Below the pieces are notes generated by a model. It searched no databases. It was not told where the DNA came from and worked only from the letters and a program-made list of their open reading frames with translations. A stretch of DNA of 61,965 nucleotides, the filler included, from Jimgerdemannia flammicorona (lineage: Eukaryota), in the NCBI GenBank assembly GCA_003990765.1. It is 3 parts of 3 records of this genome, joined end to end, with 100 filler letters (N's around TTAATTAATTAA, not from the genome) between each part and the next. Parts side by side here need not be neighbours in the genome. Positions count along the whole stretch, not along the records: positions 20,694 to 41,281 come from RBNJ01001643.1; positions 41,382 to 61,965 come from RBNJ01001644.1; 1 more part is not named here. The stretch is one strand, 5' to 3'. Below, piece by piece: positions 35,611-49,900 of the stretch. Position 1 is the first letter of the stretch, and every line of letters starts with the position of its first letter. The position numbers were made by a program, and so were the translations under genes.

Positions 35611-36918
35611 TGTGACAAACCAAAAACGTACCACCCAAATTAACCAGATGACGCGAACAATTAGCCAAGATGATGTGAACTCATAGTAACCAGCAACCAT
35701 TGCTACGGAAAAATGTATAAATAGTCAGACTACCAGATAGGGTATATCTGTACAGGACCTGCACACCTGTACAGGACCTGTACACCTGTACCGGACCTGC
35801 ACAACTTGACATAAGTAGCAAATCTATAGTTAGCCTCATGGTAACCAGATAGCAACCAACTTGTATAAATTACCCCAGAGACAAGAGTGAATAAACCTCA
35901 GTCCGAAAAGTCCGAAATTGAAGCAAAAGACAAGTCTGCCTACCACACTTCGAGAGGAACTCTACAGCCACTGTTAGGAGATTGTGAGCTTATTTCCCCT
36001 TTCCACTCCGGTCCACTTTCCGATACAAAGAATGAGTTCGTTTTTGGTATGCTTGCCAGATAAGCCTGAAGAATCCCAGTTTTCTGCCAAGTTTAAGGAA
36101 GAACTTTGCCGCCTTCTCAGAAAGCCGCCTTGCTCAAGCCAGTTTCTGACGCAACTTCGCAGTGATCCGTCGCACAAACAAAGCCAGTCCTTAATGCAAC
36201 TTTGCCAAGAGACCCTTTCTAAGCTGCCCTCCCATTTCCCAGTCAGAGCCTGCCGATTCAGGAAGAATCCACGTCATCCACCATTTTCAAGTTATCTGCA
36301 TTCCCAGAAGAGCCTGATTCAAAACCACTCGCGCCATCCGAGTTAATTCCCAGTTAAGCCGCCGTTTTCAAGAAGCCCACCGAATCCGTATCGTCCGCCG
36401 TTTCCAAGTTATCTGCTGTATTCCCAGTTGAAGCCAAAACCACAACATCTGAGTTATTCGTCATTTCCAGTGAGCCTGTTATGGAAGAATCCACGCCATA
36501 TAATTCCCAGTGAAGTCAAATCGAGTCATCCCCCAGAAATTGCATACTTTTGGAAACCATCATGCTACACCAAGATCGTCGTGCTACACAAGATCATCAT
36601 GCAGAAATCGCATAAGGAGAACTACTAGATTGCCAGACTGTCATGCATAAGATCATCGTGCTATACAAATTCTGCCATTCCCAGTTGACCCAAGAAGGAA
36701 GTCCATTCATACACAAATCGCCGCTACACCCAAGAACCTGTCCCAAAAAGGAAACCGCTTGCATAGTATCCAGATCTTGACTATTATACCGCTAAACACC
36801 AAGGACCTCAGGAATCTTAGAACATTTTGTTGCTTTTTGACAAAGTAACTGGGGGCTCAAGCCAAACTACACCAACCCCCAATCTTGTAATTTGCCTCCA
36901 TTGAGCCGGCATGTTACA
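35611..36918 (+). mobile_element. Solo LTR (1308 bp) of another LTR family, comparatively young
   Basis: TGTGACA...TGTTACA termini, 4-bp TSD ATAT (35607-35610, 36919-36922), TATA/AATAAA motifs, internal short repeats, many CpGs retained. Confidence 0.85.
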
Positions 36919-36922
36919 ATAT

Positions 36923-38034
36923 CATTATATTTTACTAACTTGAAAGTATATAGCTTAGATATAAATATAGATAATATCTTCTCTAAATATTTGATATATA
37001 TTGCTTATATATAGAATATATATATCTCTATATTAGTTTTAGCAGTATTTACTTTATATTATCCTTTACTATTATATTTCTTTCTGTTGTTTCCACATTG
37101 TCAATACTGGCTTCTATATCTATTTTTATCATTCTTCTTATCCATATAATAATAGTCATTTTATATATATTTATACTTACTATAGTAATGGTAGTTTCTG
37201 TCAAATTTAGTAAATTTATATTTCTGATCTTATTGATATTTCTTATCTCATCTGCATGATCTGTAGAATACTTTCTCATCATTATATAGATATAGTTTAT
37301 AAGTTTTCTACTCTCATATATAGCTACTACTATAATATTATATACTTTAGAGAGATCTCTCATAAGGACCAGAACCTTGTCTTTATCACTAATATACTCT
37401 ACTGATATACTTAGAGAATTTACCTAATTTACCATGATTAGTATATTTACAGATACTCTTTTTGGATTTTATTTATAGATTAAATAGCTGAGATTTTAGA
37501 TAGAACTGATTTAATAAAGATGCTTATATATGATGATTGTATAGAGTCTTTTATATATTATAGGCTATTATAGTATATATATATTATAAGCTTTATTTAT
37601 TAGTTTGATAATATGAATACAATCTCTTATAATACTTAATAATCATTTATAGTATTATAATATTAAAATCTGTATCTGTAGTTTCATTACTCTGTAAAGC
37701 TAAATTCTTTCAAGAGATTATTTATATAAAATATCCAAATAGTATAATTCTTACTATTAAATATAGAGATCAATCTCTTAGCTGTATTTATATTTACTAT
37801 AGACTATTATATCTATTCTAAAGATACCTATACTTACTGTATTTAGTATACTTATACTAACTTCTTGATTTGTCTATATTAATATCTTAGTATATAGTAA
37901 TATACAGTCTTAAAGAGATATTTCTTATTAGTTACTAAGTAGGGCTCATATATAATTTTTATTATATCTTAGTTGAGAATATAGAGTAGAAAGAAGAGAA
38001 GTATTGTTTATTATTCCAGATAATATATATTTAT
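36923..38034. other. Extremely AT/TpA-rich relic DNA, probably an ancient hypermutated TE
   Basis: No CpG, TA-rich, no recognisable domains. It hosts the flanking LTR insertions. Confidence 0.45.
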
Positions 38035-41000
38035 TGTCACGTAGTAGTCACTGAGTCCTTCAAATATGCCAGATTCTCTTTAAGATATATCTCTTAGACT
38101 AACTCAAGTTTGTTATAAACAAGTTCTTATTGGAGTGCCTTCCAAAGGTCTTATAGTCCTCAAACTTCTTATCTTTAAACTGTCTTGTTATCTTTTAGAT
38201 TGCTTGCAAGGAAGTGTGTGTAAGTGAAACCAGAACTGACTTTATTTCAGAGGAAATAAGAGGTTGCTAAGATATAAAGCTAAATATAAATTCCAATAAC
38301 TAAAACTACTAAGTTCCAGGGTCAGTACTGATGGTTATATAGGTTCAGGTTGCTGGTATAATTCAGTGTCACATCAGAATACTGGTGCTGGAACAATTCT
38401 GCATCATCTCAGAATGCCAGTACTGGTATTATCCAGTGTAATAAGGGACTTAGAGCAGAATGTTCAAGACCATAGAGGCTTCATTCTTGTCATCAGAGGT
38501 CAGGATATCTTCAAAGGAGATGAGATCTATGAATGTTTCATCAAGGTCACATAGGTTACACATCTTACATATGTCATGCGTTTCATGTACTTTGATGTCA
38601 CACATCTTGCATATGTTGAAGTTGCACAGGATGACATCATTGCCGATGATGTCATCACATTCGGTGGCAGAGAAATCAGGGGCTCTCCAATCTATGAGGT
38701 TCTCTTTTACAAAATAAGGAACAAATGTGGAGTCTTGGAGAGGTCTGACCTGGATGCTTGGGTCTTAGAATACTGAGATCAATCCTTGCAGTAATTGGTC
38801 TGGGTTGTCCTGAAGGATGGGGTGCCAGAAGTCTTCTACTTCATCACTATTGAGGGTGATTGTAGACTGAGCTTCTGTAGCCACCTTGGCTTCTAGTGCA
38901 TTGATATAGTGGGATGTCAGGTCTCTGAAGTCTGAGACTCTGACATACTCCAAGTTGGGGATCAACCATGGTACATGCCTGAAGATCTGATGGATCTTCT
39001 TAGCTATCCTTGTTTTGCATATATCCATGAGAGTGGCATCTTGTAGCTCTTGAGTGCTGGCCTGTGGGAACTCCCAGCAGAGGAGGTTTCCTATTTCGTA
39101 CTCCTGCCATATTTGGAGGCATTCAGTGGCAATAGTGATCCTTGTTTCCATTTTATGGCAGTAGAGGATATAATGACAAGGGTCATCAGTACCCAGATTG
39201 ACACTAGGAGTCCTTCTTGAGCAGGTCCTCATAGCTCTTCTGATGTCTTGGAATATCCTTTCTTCGACTGAGGTACCTTGGTGGTTCCTTGACCTTGAGG
39301 TTTGGTGGGCAGCAGGCATTTCATTTGTAGTAAGTCTTTGAGCTATTTTGGGATTGGTAGGTCTTGTTGGTTGCTGCTACTGTGGTTCCTTGATTCTTCT
39401 TTTATATTCCTCAAGGTATCATACTGTGGTCACAGTGACTCACAGTTGGTCATTGTTGCTCATCTCATATGCCATATGATCTCCTTATGCTCCGATCTGA
39501 TGGCTTGTGAGAAAAGGCTGTCTTCTGTGCTGATGTCATTATTCTGGAGTCACCATTACATCTTCCTCCTGAATAAGGATCTTCTTGAGTGTCCTTATTC
39601 ATTAGTCTAGTCCTAAAAAATTTGCTAATCCCAAAACCTCTGACAAGGGGTTGAAAAGTGATGTTTATGGGCTGGCATCTTCTCTTTGTATTTTGGCGTG
39701 ATAGTGAAGGGTCACTTCCTTCATATAGAGCAAGGGCCTGATTCTGATCTTGACCAATCAGTTGACAGTTCAAACTCCTCTGACTTCGAAAGTCTCATGG
39801 ATAAGTAGTTGCCAGTGCCATATCCCTTAGAGAATAGTCCAGACAGATAGCCTGCTGGTCATGGGACATGCTGTTATGATTTGCAGACTAGAACCTTGTG
39901 GGCGGTCATCATGTTTTGCTTCTCTTATATAGGTTCATAGTACTTCTTGAGTCTATTCCTGTATACTGTAGTAGGCAGTATGGTCCCTGAGATTTTTATA
40001 AGCCAGAAGGTGGTTCTCTTGATATCTTGCACATAGAAGGGTCCTTCCCATTTGGGTTTCAGTTTTTGTGACCATGAGGCTTCTACTATATTTCGATACA
40101 GTAGAACCTTTTCTCCGATTTGGATGGGTTCTAGGGCCTTGTGATTCTTTTCCGCATTCTTTCTTGTCAGCACTTGTGACTTGGTAATGTAATCTTCAGC
40201 CTTCTTCCTAATTTGGTATAGTCTCCAGATTTCTGCATCAACCTGTCTCCAAGTTAGGTCTAGATTTGTGGCTGAGGTTCCATCAGAATCTTCTTCTCTG
40301 AAGAGCAGCTCTCTTAGGGTAAAGTGTGTGCTCTGTGACTGTATGTCTTGTAGGACAGAGAGGGTAGTTGGGAGATAGTTATCCCAATTCTCATATGTCT
40401 CTGAGATCTTCACTAGGATGTTCTTGAGGGTCTTATTGGTTCTCTCTATCTGTCCATTTCCTTGAGGATGGTACATGGTGGTCTTGATGTGCTGGATCTT
40501 GTATTTCTGATACATTATCTTGTGGAATCCATTGATAAATTCTGTGCTGTGGTCTGTTGTGATTTGCTTCGGTGTCTTGTAGCAGCAGATGATTTCTCGG
40601 TGCAGGAAGTCAGCTATAGAGAGGGCATTGGCTTCTTGTAATGCTCCTGCTTCTATCCATTTGGTAAAGAGGTCTACAATAACTATAATATAATAGTATT
40701 ACTGGTAGTGGCCCAATGATATTCATTGCAATGTGGTAGAAGGGGATAGGCTCAATTCTTGATGATCTGAGTGCCTGGTCTTGCTGATCTTATTTCTGTT
40801 TTTGGCACTTGTCACACCCTTTGACAAATTGGCACAGATCTTCTTCTATCTTGGGCTATCACATGGTTCTTCTTTCTTTGTCATATGTGTTGATTCCTCC
40901 TAAGTGTCCTTGCTCATATACTTCCTTCATTACTTGATACTTCTTGTATTCGGGTATTACTAGCTTTTCTCCTTTTCTGAGTGTAGTGTTGTCTAGTTTA

Positions 41001-41281
41001 AACTGTTTTTAAGTCTGGTTGATAATGGTAATTGTCCAGGGTTCAAGGTGGTTGGACATCTTCCGCTGCCCAAGGTAGCTGATTAATCCATAGTATAGCT
41101 CCTTATTCATGTTGAATAATCTTGATGAGGGTGTTTCAGGGTGTTCTTGAGAGTGCATCAGCATTGGTATTGGTTCTTTCTGAGCAGTGCTTGATAGTAC
41201 AGTCATACTCTTGCAGCCTGTAGATCTATCTGGCATATATTCCTTTGGGGTTCAGAGTGTGGAATAGCCAGGCAAGAGCAG
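38035..41281 (-). mobile_element. Second copy of the dUTPase-Gypsy family: RNase H end, integrase and 3' LTR (38035-39560), cut by the contig end
   Basis: Reverse-complement match to ~26400-26486 plus 32363-35594. PPT at 39561-39570, integrase ORF 39925-40515. The LINE insertion site is empty here (~41195-41210). Confidence 0.95.
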
Positions 41282-41381
41282 NNNNNNNNNNNNNNNNNNN
41301 NNNNNNNNNNNNNNNNNNNNNNNNNTTAATTAATTAANNNNNNNNNNNNNNNNNNNNNNNNNNNNNNNNNNNNNNNNNNNN
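41282..41381. other. Artificial contig linker / gap
   Basis: N44-TTAATTAATTAA-N44. Confidence 0.97.
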
Positions 41382-44300
41382 TGCCTGAGCACCACCTAAT
41401 TACCCACTATCTAAACCCTCCCACCACTCTTCTGGACAATACACTGCACCAGACCCCTGTGGTACCCCTCACCCATCCCCCAACCCCACCACCAGCTATT
41501 CAAAATATCCAACATCAACTATTCCCACTGGGCCATCTTGTCACCAATCCTGACCCAGTGCCCTTCCTCAAATACATAAACCCAATGCCCAGCCAACCCA
41601 ACCCACATAGCCAAAGCCCAACTAAGGGTCAGCCATTCGTCCCCAACTCCACCCACCAGTCACCGGCGGAGCTCTACCCATCTCCCCCCTTTCTCTCCCT
41701 CCATGGCACCCAGCCCTACCCTATCTATAATATATCTCCAAAACTCCTCCAAAACCTCACATTCACCAAGCCAATGTTCAGGTATTTGTACCACTCCTCC
41801 CTTCTGGCCAACATTGAAACAATCCTCGCACTCAAATATCCCACTGTCCACCAAGTGTCCAGACCAATAGTTCAACATCACATTCTGCCATAAGACCCAC
41901 CACCACACCACCTAGAACTTGGGGGGCAGCCACTGCCACACCCATTTGCTCCAAAGCCAGAGTCCATTCCAATTCCACTCCTCCCCAATTCCAACCCTCT
42001 GCCAGGCTTCTGGCCACAGGTCTCCACCTGGGCCTTGCAGACACTCCAGGCCCTCGCCAAGCTGAAAGTCCTCCACCAGGACACCACCCAATAGAAGCCT
42101 GTCCCACTGCCACATCCGCGGTCCCCAAACCTCCTCACCTTCATCACCTCGCCACCAAAGTCCAATCTTCTTAGCACTATCCACCACTCCCCACCAAAAG
42201 CCTGTAAACCACATCCTCCTGCTCCCTTCCATGGCCACCATCACAAGCAGGTCCCCAGAGCCACCATGTGGGGAGTACCGAACCTCCCACAACCTCTGCA
42301 TGAGTGGTATCCACTCCTGCCCCCAGAGCTCACTCACCCTTCACAGCCACCAGGCTCTCAGACATAGAAGCTGCTTAGTAAAGTCCACTAGGCCCAGCCC
42401 ACCTCTTTCCAAGGGCAGTGTGAGCACCTCCCAACCAACCTGGCTTCGCCGCCCTCCCCAGATCCAGGACCTCGCCATTTTCAACAACTCCTTAACCACC
42501 CAGGTTGGGAAGTCCAAATGATATCCAATATACCACAGCTTTGGCATCCAGTACACATTCAACACTATCACACTTCTGGCCAGGGACATATGCTGGCCTC
42601 TCCATCGCAGCAAGACATTACCCCACTCCAGAAGTTTATAGTCCCACTATGCCCGGGGAGAAGAGATCCGAACACTGAGAAGTAGATCTCCAAGTAGTGC
42701 ACTGGTTCACCCACTGGTACCACCATCCCAATAATATCGCCACCAACAATTCCAGCACCCAGCACCATTGTCTCGCATTTGTGCCAGTTAAGTTTAGCAC
42801 TAGAACCCCACTCATACCATTTCACAGTCCTCTGTAACTCTCTCACATCCCCCAAGGAGCCCAGCCCGACCACCATATTATCAGCAAAGGCCCCCACCTT
42901 CCAGTTTACCCCTAAAATGTCCAAACCTCCAATCTTATGCCGAATCCTGTCCAGTAGCAGTTCCAGGGAAAGAGTATACAATATGGGTAACAAGGGGTCC
43001 CCTTGTAGTACCCCTCATCCTAGGGGGAAAGTCACCCCCCTGTGGCCATTGATGACCAATGCTGCCTGACTGTCCTCCAAGAGGCTGATTAATGATCTTT
43101 GGACCCCCGGGGGGATACCAATCCACTTCAGCACTCCCTCTAGCCATATTTGCCACACTCTATCATAAGCCTTCTCTTGGTTCAGAAACACCAATCTGCC
43201 ATCCACCCCTATCACTCGGGCACCTTCAATCACTCCATGAACCCAGGCTGTACCATCTCGAATCAACTGACCCCTGACAAACCCACATTGCTCCACACCA
43301 AGAACCTGCTGAGTAATTCCTTGCAACCTCATCACCAAGATTTTCATCACCAATTTGTGGTCCATGTCGAGAAGCATAATTGGCCACTAATTCTTCCAGT
43401 CCTCTCACCTACCCTTGTCCTTATAGAGCAAGGAGACAAGCCCTAAGCACTGTCCCCCAATCCAGGTGCCAGACTGAAGTACGCCATCACACATAGCAGC
43501 CATTTCCTCTAGCACCTCACCCACCTCAGTCATCTTCTGCCAAAAATCCCAGGGAAGTCCATCCTCTCCCAGGGCTGTCTCCTTACTCATTGAGGCCACT
43601 ACTCTGCAGATTTCCTCGCCACTCACCGGGTCCCCCAATGCCCCAAGTCCCATCGCAGGGTCCGGGTGCCAATCCCCCAGCTGCCTCTCAATGTCCAGAG
43701 CATCCAATCTCTCTTCCTCCTCACTCCAAAGATTCCCCCACTGGGTTCGCAATAGGCACAGAATCGCCAGAGTCTCTACCACCAGCTCGCCATTCTCGTC
43801 CAATACTCTCTCCCACTGCTGCCTCATACATCGTGCTTATAACAACCGCAACAAGAACCTGGTGGGCCTCTCTCCTTCCTCAAGCCCCTGCCACCATAGG
43901 CGGGCCACCATTCCCAGTAACTGCTCCTCCTCCTCCCTTTGTAGCACCCCTTTAAGCTCCTCCACCTCCTGCCGGATTCTCGCAATATACCAATCTGTCA
44001 TGGCCCCATCCTCCAACACACCTGCCCATCTCTCCATGAGCGCTGCCAAATGCCATGAGGCCCACAGCACCCGCCGCCTTCACTGGGCAGCCTTCCCTTT
44101 CCCTGCTTCCCTCCAATACCCCTGAGCCTCCACCTTCAGCCTTCTCCAGAGGTCCCCTATCTCCAGGCCTTGTTCCCACCACCTGCTAATATTTCTAACC
44201 ACCTCTGATTCCCATCCCTCCCACAACACCCTATCCTCCAACAAGGAGGAATTTAGCTACCAATGTCCAGGTCCATCCCCATTTCCCCCAAACCTCCCCC

Positions 44301-46980
44301 CTCCAAGCAGCCCCCAGTGATCAGACCACAGACACCATATGACTTCCAGCACCAACCAGACATCTGCTCCCCAACACTCTACTGTTAGAACCCAGTCAAT
44401 CCTGGAGCCCAGTCCTGCTGCCCAGTGGGTGTACACCTGCCGATCAGCCCAAAAATGTCTTCCTGAGTCCACCAGAGCACACAACCTCTCCGTCACCAAC
44501 CAGTCACCCAACCCACCACTTTCACCCTGCACATCTCTCCCTCCATCAGTTCTGTTCAACTCCTTATCCTGTACCATGTTGAAGTCGCCCCCCATATAGT
44601 CTAACCCAACTTCTCCCAATACACTGGCCTCGTTCAATCCACGAATCCATTCCACCCTCTCCCCTCTCTCAGCTGGGCAGTAACAGGACCCAACCATCAT
44701 CGAGCCCTATCCAGGCCTCTTCCACACTCCCAACACCACCCGAGACCCCCAATGTCCAATGTCCCCAATGTCCCACATCCCCTTCCAAACAAGAATACAC
44801 ACTTTCCCCCTTCAAACAGCTGCACCCCCCCATTCCTTAGTCCAATCCTGTAAGTCCACATCTGCCTCATAATGAATATCCTGCAATAAGAAGAGGTCTG
44901 CATCCAGTCCCTTGAGCCAACCAAATATATACTTCCTCCTAGCTGCCCCCTATAACCCATTAATGTTCAATGAGAATATCCTAGTTGTACTGTTCATATT
45001 GAAGAAATGTTGCAATAGAGGCCCCAACCTATAATTCCATGCTCATCTCATCCCTTACCAGATCCAAGCACCGCTCTGCTTCTACTTTATCCTCTGCCAT
45101 AACCTGAGCATCCAGTGCCCCCAAGATTTCCTGACATTCCACCCTGTCCACTTCCTCCATATCTGCCCAATAGTCCAAGCAGACTGTGTGCCACTTCTCC
45201 AGTCCCTTCCTCGAATTCTATAAGAAAAGTGCCCTATCACTCACAATCTTCCTAAGTTCCTCCTCTCGCTGATCATCAACTTGATATTCAACTGACTCCA
45301 GGAGGACAGCCAGGATCTCATTCCTCATCTTCCTCAGCACCTCCTCCCCCTGTAAGATCTCCTCCCAATGCCTCTCCTCCATCACCCTGAAGTCCTCACC
45401 CCCCAGCTCTTCAGCCACTACCCCTTCCAGGGTCTTCCACATCCACTTCTCCTCATCCACTGCCTCCACCACCTCCTGAGCGATTTGTCCCCCATCCACC
45501 TCAGGGTCCACCAGCATGCTCCTCCTCACTGACTCATCCCACTCCTCATCTGGCACATCCATCAGCTCCTCCTCCCCCTCCGCCCCATCTGGAACACTAT
45601 ACTGAGGGTGCACACCCTCACCCATTTTGGCATCTACCTCCAAATTGCCCTCCCTCCCCTCCCCCACTCCCATCTGAGCCCCGCCCTGGGCCATCTCTCC
45701 CCCTCAGCCCAGGCACTCTCCTGCAACCCTGCAACTCCTTCCCCTGAGCTTCCACCAGCCCAAATCCCACCCAGCTTCACCAATAGCTCTTTCTGGATCC
45801 TCCTCCCATCCACCTCCCCCACCACTGTCCTGGCCTCAAACTCCTTCCAGGCCAATCTCCTCCTCACAACTGCCCCTTCCAGGTCCTCCAGAGCCTCCAA
45901 CAGGTCTTCCTCCTCCTCCTGAGTCCCCTTCACCCTTGTGACCTTACACTCCACTGGTCCCCACCTCAGTGTTGCTGGCCAGTCCCTCAACTTCCCCATA
46001 TTCTCCTTCTCTGCCAGCCTCACCCTGACATCAACATCACCAGTTCTAAGCTCTATGCCCTCTCAGACCTTGAACCCAACATCGACAATCTCACCATACT
46101 CCTTGATCACCTCCACAACCAACTCACTGGTCCTTTCCTCGGACACTGTAGGGAGGTCCAACACCATCAACTGCACCACTCGGGAGTCCCAGTGCATGCA
46201 CCAGGCCATAGGGACCACAACTCTGCCAACCATCACCCCCTTCTCCATGACTGCCAACAAGGTATCCTCTTCCTCAAACCCCACCTCAACCCCTTCCTTT
46301 CCCCTCAAAAACTTCACTGATGCCGCTCCCTTAGCCTCCTGCGCCACCAGCCCCAAGGTCGTCCTTGCCATTACCACCAAGCCCCAGAAGCACATAGTGA
46401 CTGCGAATTCCGACCTCGACTTCTTAAGTAACGGGGCCGACACTATGCCCATCACCCCATCTGCCAGGTCCCCGGGCCTTATGCCCATTCTCTGTCCCGA
46501 ATTATCAACTGCTGTCATATCTGGATTTTTTGCCAGATCCCCAGTCACAGCCCCATCAACTGTCACATCTCCAGCCCCTACTCCTGCTCCTCCCCTGCCA
46601 CCTGAGACTCCCCTGGGTGCACCTCTCTGTCCCCCTGCAGCAGACGTTGATGCCTTCCCCAGGCCCAGCCAACCATCGAGACCCGAAGCCATCTTCCCCA
46701 TTTGGACTTTATCAGCAAAGGTTGACCTCTCCCCTCCTCGCTGCCTCAGACCACCCCTCCCTCCACTACCAGGATCTTGGCTGGCCATCAAGGCCCCCAG
46801 CATCCCCAAACCATCTCCCCTCCTCTCCACCTGCTGCCAGCCAAAGGCACCGTCACTCCCCTGGTCAGTATGCTCACCAGTTTGATCATTGCTGTCCATA
46901 TTATTAGTTGTCGTACACCAAAAATGTAGTGAAAAGTGTTGTCAGAGCCTTGTGTCACCTGAATGTTACTGGTGAAAGAG
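41382..46980 (-). mobile_element. Near full-length L1/Tx1-like LINE (ORF1 ~45033-46899, ORF2 from 44997 leftwards)
   Basis: 5' motif CTTTCACCAGTAACATTCA. ORF1, EN (GGDFN, RIDW, WSDH) and RT (AFADN) are collinear. Frameshifts and stops. The 3' tip is lost at the contig edge. Confidence 0.93.
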
Positions 46981-49900
46981 ACTGTGTCCTTTATTATATC
47001 CATCTATTCTATATAAATACAAAAACCCACCCCCTATCCAATCCCCCTAGGGGGGCCTCTCCCCCCTACCCCTTCTTGATGAAACACCACTCTATCAAAT
47101 ATAATTCCCACCCTCCCACCACTCTGTTTGTATATCCTTGCTACCAAACCACACTGCTGCCCCCCTGAAGGACCCCAACCTATCCACCATCCAGTCAACA
47201 GATCCCCCAACAGCTCCTCCCACCTTACAACCTTCTCCTGCAGACTCATCTGCCACCCCTCCTCAAACACAAATAGCCAATGTCCTGCCAGACCCACCCA
47301 AACTGCTAACACCCATCTGACAGTGAGCCAACTATCACCCACCCCCCCCACTAGCTGAGATCTCAAGTCCTCCCAGTGATCCCCTTCACCCGCTGGCCTG
47401 CACTCCACATCCAGTCTATTCCCTATTTCAACCCAAAAGTCCCCCAAAACCTCACACTCTCCCAGCCAATGTTCTGGCATCTGCACCAAACCCCCAGCTT
47501 GCCCTATATTGTAATACTCCTCACAGTCGAAACAGCCACCATCCACCAGATACCTGGTGTGGAAATTCAGCATGATGTTCCTCTGCATCATTCACCACCA
47601 CACCACCCAGAACTTGGGGAGAAGCCACCGCCACACCTCAGTACTCCAAGACCAGATACCTGCCCAGTCCCACTCCTTGCCAATCCCAACTGCCTGCCAA
47701 CCACTTGGTCAAAGGTCCTGGCCAAGACCCTGCTGACACTCCACTCCATCCCCAATATCAAAAGCAACAAGTGGAGCACCCCCCAGAAGTAGTCTATCCC
47801 ATTGCCACATATGAGGACACCACAACACCTCCCTCTCATTGCCCTGTTAGCACAGACCAATTCTGTGCACTCCATCAACCACTTCCTATCAAAAGCCCTT
47901 AAATCACAGCCGTCAAATTCCATTGAGCCCTACCAAAGAGAGTAGATCTCCTGAGGACCCTCAGGGGGAGGTTCTCATCTCCCACACCTTCTGCATCAGA
48001 AGTACCCAACCCCCTCCCTATAGTTCAGTCACTCTCTTCAACCACCAGGCTCACAAGCAGTACAACCTCCTAGGGAAATCCACAAGGCCAAGACCTCTCC
48101 TGTCCACCGGTGTCGCAAGAGTATCCCAACTGATCTGGGACCTCCTCCCTGCTCAAATCCAATCCCTAGCCACCTTTGTCAGCCTCTTCACCACCCAAGC
48201 TAGGAAGTCGAGGTGGTATGCTACATACCATAGCTTGGGGAACCAGTATGTATTCAGAATTGAAACCTGCCCTGCTAGAGAGATATGGCAGCCTCCCCAA
48301 CCTCAAAGGGCCTCCCCCCAAGTAGCTACCCTGCTCTCCCACCACACTCGTGGCAAGACAGAACCATATATAGAGAGGAAGATGCCCAGATACTATACCA
48401 CCTCACCAGTAGGGACAATTGTTCCAATGATATCCCCACCCACCAGTCTATTCCCTAGCACCATAGTCTCACACTTATGCCAGTTGAGCTTTGCTCCAGA
48501 GTGCACCTCATACCATTCCACCATCTCCATAAGTATCTCGATATCTGCCACAGACCCAAGGCCAACCACTATATCATCTGTAAAGGCCCCCACCTTCCAC
48601 ACTATGCCATAGATAGAGAGCCCCACCACCTTCTGGTGAATCCTATCCATTAATGGTTCCAATGAGAGAGCATAAAGAATAGGGGACAAGGGGCCCCCCT
48701 GAGGAACCCCTCTTCTCAAGGTAAATGCCCAACCCTGGTGACCATTACACATCAGTGCCACCTGACTGCCCTTGAGCAGATTCACCATAAAAGCCCAAAA
48801 TCCAGGAGGAACACCAATACAATCCAACACCTTGTCCAGCCAAACCTGCCGGACCTGGTCATAGGCCTTCTCCTGGTCCAAAAAGACCAACCTTCCATCC
48901 AGGCCACAAGCCCGGGCCCCTTCAATGACACCATACACCCAAGCAGTCCCATCTCTTATGAGCCTGCCTCCAACAAAGCCCCACTGCTCCTCCCCCAACA
49001 CCTGTTGGGCAACCTTCTGCAGCCTTGCAACAACCACCTTAGTTACTATCTTCCTGTCCATGTCCAAAAGCATAATTGGTCACCAGTTCTTCCAGTCTTC
49101 TCTCCCCCCCTTATCTTTGTATAATAAAGCAACCAGCCCAAGGTCCTGCTCTCCAACCCACTCACCACTCTGAAGGATAAGATTACAGAGAGCAGTCATC
49201 TCCCCCAGAATGCTGGAGACCTTGACCATCTTCTTCCAGAAGTCCCACAGTAGTTCATCCTCCCCTGGTGCTGTTCTAGTTTTAGTTACCACAAGGACAC
49301 TCTGGACCTCCTCACCTCACACTGGCAAGGCCAAGTCATCCAGTCCAGCCACTTGCAGCAGCCTCCATTCCCCTAATACATCTTCAATAGCTGCCTCATC
49401 AGCACCCCCTTCATCCTCACTCCACAAATCCTGCCATCTCTCTTTCAAAACCCCTAGGATTTGTTGCATGCCATGTACCATGTCCCCATTGGCATCAAGG
49501 ACTCTGTCCCACTGATGCCTCACCCTCCTAGCATTGAGCAGATGGGATAAATATCTAGTAGGCTGCTCACCCTCCTCAAGCCCCTGCCACTATAGCCTAG
49601 CAGCCATACTATGCATATGTACCTCCTCCTCTTCTCTCAGCACCTGTTGCAGTTCCAATATCTCCAATTTAATCCACACTAACCTCCAATCCTCCACCCC
49701 ATCAGAAGTAAGCAAACCTGCCCAATCTATTTGCAATCTCTTTAGTCTGCTGGAAGCATACCTCGTGTGCTTCCTCCTCCATCTCCCAGCTTCTCTCCCA
49801 GCCTCTCCCCAATAGACCCTTACAGCCTCTTTCAATCTCATCCACTGGACACCCACTGACAAACCCTCACACCTCCACCAAGAAACTTTTGCCTGAATGT

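Noticed and set aside
45938..46885. Long Ser/Pro/Thr-rich plus-strand ORFs (also 31483-32313, 50973-51929)
   Set aside because: These are antisense shadows of the G-rich LINE ORF1. The C-rich strand simply has few stop codons.
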